Shown here piece by piece: positions 1 through 12,581 of a stretch of DNA of 64,000 nt. The position numbers and the translations under genes are program-made. Position 1 is the first letter of the stretch, and every line of letters starts with the position of its first letter. This DNA is from Octopus bimaculoides. Lineage: Eukaryota. The notes beneath the pieces are model-generated. The model was not told the origin of the DNA. It ran no database searches and saw only the letters and a program-made list of their open reading frames with translations. The stretch spans positions 2,582,242 through 2,646,241 of the forward strand of contig NC_068981.1 in assembly GCF_001194135.2 (NCBI RefSeq), read 5' to 3'.

Positions 1-172
1 CACCACCACCACCACTACCACAACCATTATACTTCCATATCCTTTAATACTGTACCCAATTCAGATTCATCGTGCTTGCATGACTGGTCAGGTCTTCTTC
101 AATACAGCTTATTGTCAATTAAGGACAAACCTCATTCTTTGTCAACTCTTATGTGAGATACATTATATTGAT

Positions 173-400
173 TTCTTTATTGGCCCACAGGGGGCTAAAC
201 ATAGAGAGGACAAACAAGGACAGACAAAAGATTAAATTGACTACATCAACCCCAATGTGTAACTGGTACTTATTTAATTGACCCTGAAAGGATGAAAGGC
301 AAAGTCGACCTCGGCGGAATTTGAACTCAGAACGTAACAGCAGATGAAATACCGCTAAGCATTTCACCTGGCGTGCTAACGATTCTGTCAGCTTGCCGCC
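173..400 (-). mobile_element. tRNA-derived SINE family A (tail type 1)
   Basis: Head ggcggcaagctgacagaa...gagttcaaattcc; similar copies at 25359 and 45738. Confidence 0.85.
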
Positions 401-844
401 CTGAGATCAGTCTGCACTCCTTTATCCCAATTCTACCTTGGTTCCCCACTCAGTCGAGGTGTCTTGTCTTCTAGGCATTTGGTGACCTCAGCAGTGCTGA
501 TGCCATGACAAAAAAACCCTGAACATTCTGTGAAGTGGTTGGCATTAGGAAGGGAATCCAGCAGTAGAGACCGTGCCAAAGTAGGCATTGGAGTTTGGTG
601 CAGTCTTCTGACTCATCAGTTCATGTTGAGCCATCCAACCCATGACAGCATCGAAAAAGAGATGTTAAATTATGATATATAAATATATAAATACGGGGTC
701 CTTTCTTCCTCCATATTCTAGAGAGGCCACTTGCTAGAGAGGCCCTTAGCCAACAGGTTTTGGGATCTGCTGATACACCATAAAGCCCTTTATGGATGCA
801 AAACCTAAGATAGTCCCATAAACTGGCTTTATCTAACTTTAATA

Positions 845-905
<61 letters not shown>

Positions 906-1017
906 TACATATATTTATATTTATATATTTACTTATATATATACATATGTATCTATCAATCTCTCTATATGTGTGTGTGTATATGCTGGTGAGTATTTTA
1001 GAACTTTGTATACATAC

Positions 1018-1062
1018 CTATTCTTGGTCTCCATTCTGGTTCACTTTTCGGATAATATCTCC
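1018..1062 (-). CDS. Coding exon 11, 45 nt, G-type: (G)RYYPKSEPEWRPRI
   Basis: Acceptor ccttttaaatttctttag, donor G|gtatgt; no stop is reached, so the gene continues downstream. Confidence 0.85.
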   Translation of the reverse strand, partial: GDIIRKVNQNGDQE

Positions 1063-1483
1063 CTAAAGAAATTTAAAAGGTAAAACAATTAGCTAATCAG
1101 CTATTTAATTAACACATGTAAATCAATTGTTAAATCATTTCAGACCATCATGTAAACATAACTGTATCTAATTTATACACAAAGCAAGCAATGTTTGAAG
1201 TGAAGCACTTAGTCAATACTGACAACCCCAGTACATAACTGGTACTCCATTTTATTAATGTTGGAAAGCACATAATGATAAGCATAATGATAATTTGTAT
1301 TTCACATTTCATATTTTAAAAAAATATTCCAACATTGAATATTTCAAAAGAAAAGCAGGCTTAGTTTACCAGGAGATGATCAGAAATGAGTAACTCAGAG
1401 CCTTTCAGTTATTAATGAATACACTACAGTTGTATTGAGTCCTGTAGTCCTGTAAATTATAGCTTATGATGAATCAATAGAGA

Positions 1484-1524
<41 letters not shown>

Positions 1525-2315
1525 TAGTCATGAGATCGTAGTTGTGGCCAATGCCAGTGTAGCATAACTGGCCCATTAAAAGTACCTTTCTATCGTTGAG
1601 TAATATGCCAAGCTTGTGAAGACCTGTTGAAATGAGTGAAATCGTAGTTGTGGCTGATGCCAGTGTCATCTGAATGGCACCCATGCCGGTGGCACGCAAA
1701 AAGCATCGTTTGAGTGTTGGGCCTCATGGAGGCAGTGACAGGTGACTGAGACCCTTGGTGATATACTGTACTTGTGTTGACCTGTCAAGTCAAATGAGAC
1801 TGTAGTTGTGGCCAGTACAGGTGGCACATAAAAAGCACCTACTACACTCTCAGAGTGGTTGGTGTTAGGAAGGGCATCCAGCTGTAGAAACCTTGCCAAA
1901 TCAGATTGGAACTTGATGCAGCTCCACTGGCTTACCAGTTTTCAGTCAAACCGTCCAACCCATGCCAGCAAGGAAAGCAGACATTAAAGGATGATGATGA
2001 TGATGATGATGATATATATATATATATATGATGGACTCTCCCATCAAGGATAACATATGAGCATTCAGCTTTTGCAGAACGACCTGCATAAATGATTTGT
2101 TTATAATAAACAAATATTTGTGCTGTACATTAGTTCACTCTCTCCATCAACAGGGGCATGGTGTGCCATGCGTCAGGTTCCATGTGCCAAAGTAATCGCA
2201 GAACAGTGAGAAATGAAGTGCTTTGCTCAAGAACACAATGCACCACCCGGTCTAGGGATTGAAATCACAATATTGTGATTGTAAGTGCAACACCTTAACC
2301 ATCAGGCCAGCACCC

Positions 2316-2370
<55 letters not shown>

Positions 2371-2374
2371 TCAC

Positions 2375-2430
<56 letters not shown>

Positions 2431-4662
2431 ATGTGTGTAAAGTTAAACAAATCAAAAATTTTCTTTACCTCTCAACCAATTCTCTGGTATTGGAAACGTT
2501 GGTTTGTATTCTGAAAAGTTAAATTCCAAAATGAATTCCTTCAATACAATTACTTTAATATATTAATACTTTAGTTTCTCATTCTAATTATTGGGGTTCA
2601 AATGTTAGGATAGTTATGTAATTCATTAAAAGAGGCCAAATTATTTCTGGAGAATGTCTCATATTCTCTCATATTTGCATTCAACAAATCTTACACACAC
2701 ACATATACAAAGAGATCATGTGTGTAAATACTTTATTTGTGTGTTAACAAGTCTACCAATGGTTTCATGACAAGAGAAATCTTTACAATTGTCCAAGTGT
2801 ACACTGCATATCACCATTCAGGATGTGAATACCAAGATAGGAATATTAGTACTTGTCTTAATTTTTGATGAGAATAGCATATATATCTGTCTATATTTAT
2901 CTATCTGTCTATATATAAAATGAAAATGCACTTGGAATCTTTAAGATTTGTTTACATTTATTTAACTAGTTTCACAATTTCATGATTTTCAAAAGAAACT
3001 CTACTGGAGTTTGAAAATTGACTCCTTTTTTAAGGAGAGATTATGGCTTTAAATTACCATCAGCCAAGCTACAATTTGATTGGTTGATGGTGGTCAAAAT
3101 ATTAAGCATAAAATTTAGTTCTCCATAAGATCCATGTATTATCATACCTTCTATGACAGTATGTATAACTGCACCAAAAAAAAAGGCTGCATTCCCCCAG
3201 TGAACATGTCACGTGACAGTATGAATAACAATTGTATGTCATATCCACATGTTAGGCCACATGACATTATAGACGAAATTACACCAATAGACAACACTGT
3301 GCTATTCCAGTAAATATCTAAATGCATTGTTTTTAATACAGGAAAAAAAAACTTCTCTAAGCAAAGGGAAATAATTCCTCAGGACATATATCTGAGTTGT
3401 CTCCAAGCAAACATTTTACACAACTTTCAGTTTCTCACAAGACAAGTACTGTGCAACTCTTGCAGAACTAGAAGACACAGGCTATGGCTACATGGAATTT
3501 CAAAAACTAACTACAATACATTAAATGCTCCAAATCTGCTACTGAGTGCTCATACATGTCTTATACATGTTCAACTCTTTTCTGTTTTATACACACACAC
3601 ATACATTGTTTATTCAAGTATTGAATTGTGTCAAATGTGAGAGGAGTGCTCAACACATTGTACAGCTTATAGTTTATTGAAACTGAATTTTCATTTCATA
3701 TCCCATGACTTGAGTTTCATGCCACTGCAATCTTTGGGTAGGAACTATTACAACTTATATTCACATTTGTCGATGTGGATATGGCTTCACACCTTTTTTT
3801 ATTCACTGGTTTGTGTTTTGCATTTGTTGATTGGCTGTTGTTTGTCAGCCTCTCTGTTGGTTATTTTTGCTGAGAAGGTAAGAGGTGTGTTTTTAATTTG
3901 GCAATTCCTTCTAGATTTATTAAAATAGATAAGGCTGTTCATTTGTTATGTTGTTAGAGGATTTTTAAAGATGTTTGAGAGTATGTGAAACCAGTGATGG
4001 CTTGTAGATAAAATTAATGGGAGTGCTGCTTCAGAAATTTTTTAGACATTATTTTAGTAGTATGTAAAAGGAAACAAACAAAAAAAAAAAAGAAAATTTA
4101 TACATAATCTTGATCAGTTCACATTTTAGCCACTGCTAGGTAGTGTGTTTAATTTGCTCACTGAACACCACCGCAAATTTCCCCTTGTTTTTCAAAAGTC
4201 CCCCCTAAATCACAAAATAAAGGGAAAAAATTTGCCCTATTTTTCAAATCCTGGCAGCAACACTGAAGCTGGAAGCAGGATAATAATCTAATTCTACACT
4301 TTATCACATTCAGGGGTCGATTTGTTCAACTAAAGGTGGTGCTCCAGCATGGCCAGTCAAATGACTGAAACAAGTAAAAGAATAAAAGAAAAAAAGAATA
4401 TAAATATATATATATATATATATAAATAAATACACACACATATATGTGTGCATATGTATTGTTTAAGGCTATATATGTCTGTGTAGGTTAGTGTATATGC
4501 ATGTTAAATACCATTTATTAAATCCATACCTGGTTTAGGTTTCCATCCTGATTTAACTTTTGAATTGATGATCCCTAGAGTGAAAACAATAAAATCTTGT
4601 AAATATATGTATGTAGAATGGTAGTATTCCAACAACATATCCAAAAGAATGTCATCTAATTA

Positions 4663-4695
<33 letters not shown>

Positions 4696-5044
4696 TGCAT
4701 ATATATATATACACACACACACACATTTGGTCATGATGATGATGATGATGGTGATGAAGATATTCATACATGCACACACACACATTTCATTGCTCGTTCT
4801 CTCCTAAATTCTCAGTTCGGTTACGAAGCAGTCATCACTAATGATTGTATCACAGAGTAGACCTTGGTGCATGACACAGTTCTCCCCCCTCATCAGACCC
4901 ATCAAACCACTCAAGCCATGCCGTGATGATGATGATGATATTTAAGGGTGTCTGTCTTCAATAGGATTTGGAGTAGTTGCTGCAGAAATACCACTAAATT
5001 ACTGCTATAGAGATATAAGTTGCATTGGGTGTCTGTGCATATCA

Positions 5045-5114
<70 letters not shown>

Positions 5115-7590
5115 TGATCACCATGATTTAACGTCCATTGTCCATGCTGGCATGGGTTGGACAGTTTGACCGAGGCAGGCAAGTTGGAAGGCTGCACCAG
5201 ACTCCACTCTGATTTGGTATGCTTTGGATGTCTTTCCAAATGTCAACCACCCAGAGAATGTAATGGGTGCTTTTATGTGCCACTGGCACTGGTGCCATTT
5301 GCGTGACACCAGTATCTGCCACGACTGTGATTTTGCTCAGCTTGATGGGGCCTCTTCTCAAGCACGACATAATGCCAAAGGTTTTAGTCATTGCCTCCAT
5401 GAGGCCCAACACTCGAAAGGAACTCAGCTGCTTGCCTCCATGAGGCTCAATGCTCAAAAGGAACTCAGCTACTTTATATATACATAGATAGATAGAGAGA
5501 GAGAGAGAGCGAGAGGGAAAGAGAGACTGAAAGAGGGAGGTTTAGTGGAACAAACATGAGAAATAGAACTCAATACATGTGTTTACAGTAATCCCTTGCC
5601 ATATCACAGTTCACCTATCGCGGTTCACCTATCGTGGTTTATTATTTCAGCTTACGCCAATTCCTCTGTGGTGTTGTTTTGCATTTATAATAAAATAAAT
5701 ATATACAAATTATGAAAATAATCAAAAAAAATATACAGCATAGTACTGTTTCTACTTTGCAGATTTTCACCTATCGTGGGGGAGGCGGGGGTTGAATGTA
5801 ACACCCGTGATAGTTGAGGGATTAATGTATTCTTTTTCATTGGCTGAAAAGTTACAAGATTTCCTGTATAACACTTACAAAACTTTAAACACACACACAC
5901 ACACACATTGATATTCTTTTCTACTCTAGGCACAAGGCCTGAAATTTTGGGGCAGGGGGCCAATCAATTAGATCAACCCCAGTACGCAACTGGTACTTAA
6001 TTTATCAACCCTGAAAGGATGAAAGGCAAAGTCAACTGCGGCGGAGTTTGAACTCAGAACGTAAGGCAGACGAAATACTGCTCAGCATTTCGCCTGGCAT
6101 GCTAACCACTCTGCCAGCTCCCCCCACCTTAAAACACACAGAGATATTATAAACATTATTGTGTATATATGAGTGTAACTGAAATAGTGCAATGATAAAG
6201 ATGTCATAGACTAGTTTACCTGTTCTCATCCACCAAGGTGGCAGTTGAGGTCTATATTCTGAAAAAAAGAAAAAAAGGAAAATTATTTAATTTACTTGAC
6301 CACATCATATTGTTGTATTTTCCATTAATTTATTTATCGATAAAACATATTGTTAGAAAATTACTATTTGTAAATCTGACAATGAGAGATATTCAGCAAC
6401 AGTACTTTGGAGTAAAGATTGTTTGCCAACATAACATGGCAGTCCTGGTTTAGACAAATTATGTTAGCAGACAATCTTTACTCCAAAACATATTGTCTTA
6501 GAAATTCATTGAACTCTGCACTCTTAAAAGAACTGGAGTACTCTGGCTTTCCTTTCTTTCTTTAAATGCTTTTCTGTTCTTTTATTCTTTTACATGTTTC
6601 AGTCATTTGATTGCGGCCATGCTGGAGCATCACCTTAAATGGTTTTTAGTCGAAGAAATCAACCCCAGGACTTAATTCTATAAGTCTCTTTTGTCGAATC
6701 TCTAAGTTACAAAGACATAAGCACTCCATCAAGTGATGACAGGGGAACAAACAGAAATACACAAATATATACATACATACACACATACATACATACATAC
6801 ATAAATACATATGTGTGTGTATGACAAGCTTCTTTCAGTTTCCATCTACCAAATCCAATCACGAGGCTCTGGTCGGCCTTAGACTATAGTAGAAGACACA
6901 TGCAGCTTCATCAGAGCTTCAAACATGAAGTGAAACAGCAAAGTGTTATTCAGGCACTCAACGATGTCTCTGCCGTATCTTATAGTGAAAATAGCTGTGA
7001 GCTAATGAAATTCATAAAATAATCTGATATTCCTTTGCCATGTCTTTTCTTATTACCGCTCTGTACTTGACTAATACTTCATTCAGAAACATACGTATAT
7101 TGAGTTCTACACCATGGTATAAGCATTGCATTGCACACTCAAACGCATGTGTATATGTGTGTGTATGTGTATGTGTATGTGTGTGTGTGTATTGCTTTGT
7201 TTAAGGCTGTATATGTGTCTGTATAGGTTAGTGTATATGCATGTTAAACACCATTTATAAATCCATACCTGGTTTAGGTTTCCATTCTGGTTGACTTCCT
7301 GGAATCAAGATCCCTAGATTGAAAACAATAAAATCGTATAAATATATGTGGAATGGTAGTATTCCAATAACACAAAGACATATATTCAAAGAACATATCC
7401 AAAAGATTGTCATCCAATTAGCAAAGATTTACTAATGAACATGCAATTGTTACTTGTTGATAAATCTGAATACTGTAATATAATATATGACAATTATTCA
7501 GTTGCCATAATAAAACTCCGAGTTTCGAATGTCGGGGTGGAAATCTGCTCTGGCAACTTGTCAGTTATTAAGACAAACAAAGATTGATAA

Positions 7591-7623
<33 letters not shown>

Positions 7624-10383
7624 ATATATATATATATATAACCATCATCATCATCAGCATCATCAATTAACATCTATGATCCATGCTGGTATGGGTTAGA
7701 CAGCTTGATAGTAAATGATGTGTTGAAGAACTGCATCGTATCCCAGAGTCTACTTTGGCATGGTTTCTACAGCTGGAAGCAACCACTTTACTGTGCATAA
7801 TGGCTGCATTTTATTGTAATACCATCACTAATGAAGTCACCATGCACCTTACAATATATATAATCAAATACATGCACACCTGGAGAACAACGTTGCATGG
7901 AAATAATTGTAATGATGAAAAATTAATGTCCAACTGTACGCCTTCTTGTTGAATCCAATTTTTTCAATTACCTATTCACATTTGACAGACGTCCAAATGT
8001 AAAACTGGAAGTACGTTTAATACTACAAGTGGATAGCACAGGGTAAATCTGAAAGTGAATGAGCTTTACTCTGTACTCTGCTACGTTCTTTACAAAATAT
8101 ACCATAAAAGTATGTATGTATTATGATGATATACACAGCATGTACACACACAAACACACAGATATGTTATAAATGCTATTGTGTACATACGAGTGTAATT
8201 GAAATTGTGTAAAGATATAGATGTCATAGACTGGTTTACCTTTTTTCATCCACCAAGGTGGCAGTTGAGGTCTATATTCTGAAAAAAAGAAAAATTGCAA
8301 AATTATTTAATTTACTTGACCATATTATATTGTTGTATTTTCCAATATTTAACTTATTTATCAATTAAATATATTGATTGTCTCAGAAATTCATTGAGCT
8401 CAATTGATTGTTTTACAAATTCATTGAGTTCCCAGCTCTAAAGACAATTGGAGCACTCTGGCATTCTTTTCTTTCTTCCTCTCCTGCTCTTTTTTTAAGT
8501 GTTAGTGTAACTAATATTTATCAGTTCTAAACTTAACTGATGTAGAGGCACATGGCCTAGTTGTTAGAGCAGCAGACTCACAGTTGAGGCATCATGGGTT
8601 CGAATCTAAGACCAGGTGATGTGTGNNNNNNNNNNNNNNNNNNNNNNNNNNNNNNNNNNNNNNNNNNNNNNNNNNNNNNNNNNNNNNNNNNNNNNNNNNN
8701 NNNNNNNNNNNNNNNNNNNNNNNNNGAATCTGAGACCAGGTGATGTGTGTGAAGAATGGGGCGTGCCACTGAGCTTGAACTTTGGTTACGTGTACTTAAA
8801 AGCACATGTTCTGTATATACATATCTGTGTGCAGAAATGTGCATTGTTGAGGGTAGATGTATGAGTTTGTTCTGTTTATGTGTTGAAGTTTGTTTGTTTA
8901 AAAACACATACCTGGTTTAGGTTTAGGTTTCAATTCTGGTTCTCCTCGCAGAGGAAACAATCCTAGATAAAAAGAAGAAAGATTCATTAATGCCTGTTAC
9001 ATTTTTGAAATAAAAACATAAATAAGAGAATGTATCAAAAGTATGACATGCTACTAAAAAAATATTATACGCAGTGTGTAAGAGAAGAGACTGCACTGGT
9101 TTGGTCACATGATGTGGATGGATGAAGACAGTTGCATAGATAAGTACCTATCAGTTAAAGTGGAGGGAAATTGTTGAAGAAGGAGACTCTGGAAGTTATT
9201 AGACAAAGTATGGAAGGCTGGTCTCAAAATACTGAACTTTATGAAGGAGATGACAGAGGACAGAGCTATGTGGGTGTATTGTTGTATTCAAGAAGACCTG
9301 ACCATCACAACAGAATTGATATCCTAAAATCAAAATGCTACATAAAACGCATTGGTGTTGGTATTGGTGCCATGTAAAATTGACTGGTGTTGCTTCTATG
9401 TAAAAATCACTGGTGATGGTGCCATGTAAAAAGCACTGAGTACACTCTGTAAAGTGGTTGGCATTAGGAAGGGTATCCAGCTGTAGAAATGAAGCCAAAA
9501 TAGACTATGGAACCCAATGCAGTCCCTGGCTTTGTCAGTACCTGTCAAGCTGTCCAACCCATGCCAGCATGGAAAACAGACGTTAAATGATGATGATGAT
9601 ATATATAATTATTATTATCATTATTATTATTTGACTTGAATCAGGTTTAGTGTTATTCCTGGTAGAATTTATGTAGGTAACGGGCTACTACCTGTAACTT
9701 TAGATATCTACATGTTTTCAATAATCTCTCAAGTACTCAAAACCCTTCTGATAATTTTTCCTGTTCCCATGAAGCAAACTTCCTGTAGAAGCTCTACAGG
9801 ACAGTCTGTTCCAATCTCCTTCAGCCATTTCTCTACATCATTACTCACAGTCCCTAATGCAGAACCTTTACAGCTTTCATATTTCAAATTCTCTCAATTT
9901 CAAAGTTTAAGGAATTGTATACTTCTAATTTTTCATCTTTCTTTACAATCCTGGAATCTAACAAGCATGAAGGATCAATTAGTAAGCAACATTGCCTTTT
10001 CCTTGACTGTTAATGTTATATCTGGTTTATTATTTTCTATCTTTGTACTTGTCTGAATTGGAAAACCCCATAAAACTTTGCATTTCTCTGACTCGAGTGC
10101 TCTTTCGACTTGTTGATTACAACAAGTGCTTCCAGCTTCAAACTCTCATTTCTGACATGGCACATTGGGCAAGTGTCTTCTACTATAGCCTCGGGCTGAC
10201 CAGAGCCTTGTGAGTGGATTTGGTTGACGGAAGAAGCCGTCATATATGTGGTATATATATANNNNNNNNNNNNNNNNNNNNNNNNNNNNNNNNNNNNNNN
10301 NNNNNNNNNNNNNNNNNNNNNNNNNNNNNNNNNNNNNNNNNNNNNNNNNNNNNNNNNNNNNNNNNNNNNNNNNNNNNNNNNNN

Positions 10384-10416
<33 letters not shown>

Positions 10417-12516
10417 TGTATGTATATGTATGTGTGTGTGTATATGTTTGTGTGTCTGTATTTGTCCCTCCAACATTGCTTGACAACTAATGCTGGTGTG
10501 TTTACGTCCCTGTAACTTAGCAGTTTGGCAAAAGTGACCGATAGAATAAGTACTAGGCTTACAACAAATAAACTCTGGGGGCGATTTGCTCGACTAAAGG
10601 TGGTGCTACAGCATGGCCGCAGTCAAATGACTGAAACAAGTAAAAGAGTAAAAGAGTATATCTGTTAAAATGAAGTGTCAGTATTATTTTCATTTTTGTG
10701 CAATTTAGATGACAATTTATTCACTGCACCCTGTATAAATGGTAGTAAGCTCTAGGAAAAGCTGAACAGCAGATGATCTTTGGAGAAGATGTGCCACTTT
10801 ATGCAAGTGTTTTGACCCTTAGTTGTTTACACTCTAAGGGGTCCGGGCTGCATCCAGGTCCTGACTCCTGGATACCCCTTTGCAGCTATATTATGTGACC
10901 ATGTCTGCATTGTAGTCCTCCTGTGTTTATATAGGTAAGGAGATGGTTGATATAAGCAACAACTTAACTGGCCTAATGAGTGTGCATGCATGTGTGTATG
11001 TGCATGTACATGTGTGTGTGTGTGTGTTTGCCTGCAATTATGTAAAGATATATATGTCATAGTGTGGCTTACCATTACTTTTCCACCAGAGTGGTGATAC
11101 GGGACGTATTGGTTTATACTCTGAAAGAGAAACATTTGTAAGTTATTTAATACACTTTATTAATATCATTTAACTTATTTACCAATAAAATGCAATGGAT
11201 TTTACAGAAACTTATTGAACTTCATATTCGTAAAACAAACTACAAAATCTGTGATTACATTGTAAAGAACTATATTGCATGGGTAGAGCAGTTTGACAGG
11301 ACCTGTCATACTCCAATGTCTGCTTTGGCATGCTTTCTACAGTTTGATGTTCTTCCTAATGCCAGTTACTTTACAGAGAGAACTGGATGCTTTTCTTCAA
11401 TGGCACCAACACTAATGAAGATTGCATTATAATTTGCAAGACAAAGGGCCTGTTAAAAAGAGGTTATTATAACCACTTATTGTTGTTGTTGTTGGCACTC
11501 CGTCGCTTACGACATCGAGGGTTCCAGTTGATCCGATCAATGGAACAGCCTGCTCGTGAAATTAACGTGCAAGTGGCTGAGCACTCCACAGACACGTGTA
11601 CCCTTAACGTAGTTCTCGGGGATATTCAACATGGCACAGTGTGACAAGGCTGACCCTTTGAATTACAGGCACAATAGAAACAGGAAGTAAGAGTGAGAGA
11701 AAGTTGTGGTGGAAGAGTACAGCAGGGTTCGCCACCATCCCCTGCCGGAGCCTCATGGAGCTTTAGGTGTTTTCGCTCAATAAACACTCACAACGCCCGG
11801 TCTGGGAATTGAAACCGCGATCCTATGACCGCGAGTCTGCTGCCCTAACCACTGGGCCATTGTGCCTCCACCATAACCACTTATAAACACTCCTAAAACT
11901 GTTAAATTAGTTTTCAGGTATTTATCTAGGTGTGAACATTCTTAAGACACTTGTCCCTGTCCCTCAGTCATACTTTAATCCATCATCACCTGGCATAAGG
12001 TCACCTCCCTCAATACTACTCCTCATTCAGTTTGAGAGGTCTTGTCTTGTGAGTTGTTTGGCGACCTCACTAGTGCCAGTACCAAGTAAAAATCAGCCGG
12101 TGTGCTCTGTGAAAAGATCTGGGTTAGGAAGGGCATTCAGCTGTAGAAACTATGCCAAAGCAAACACCTCTGATTCTTCAGCTCCTGCCAAACTGTCTAA
12201 TCCTTCACTTGCATGCATGCACACACGTGCGCACACACAGACATGAAATGATTACAAATATATTAGAAACAATTAGAAAGTGGGTTTTCATCAAAAATAT
12301 GGTAATGAAACAGCTTGAAGTGGAGATAATTAAGCATGGAATGTATGGCTGAATGATTAAGAAGCTTGCTTTGTAACCATGTGTTTTCAGGTTCAGTTCC
12401 ACTGCACGGCACCTTGGGCAAGTCTCTTCTACTATAATACCAGGCAGATCAATGCCTTGTGAATTAATTTGATAGATGGAAATTGTATGGAAGCTCTTTG
12501 TCTTTATATATATATC

Positions 12517-12581
<65 letters not shown>

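Larger units (their letters stand above)
4440..8480. repeat. Internal tandem duplication of an exon pair with flanking intron (4440-4665 matches 7140-7430; 6130-6560 matches 8140-8480)
   Basis: Clear alignable blocks around exons 9/7 and 8/6. Confidence 0.9.

Noticed and set aside
740-800. Possible final exon GFASIKGFMVYQQIPKPVG* on the minus strand
   Set aside because: No pyrimidine tract before the AG and no similarity to the E-type exon expected next
6220-11120. Processing of the repeat protein into amidated peptides at the Gly after each Trp-rich module
   Set aside because: Gly is followed by hydrophobic residues, not KR/RR, except once (LR-G-R). The Gly codon is largely a by-product of the splice junctions, so a classical neuropeptide-type precursor is not supported.
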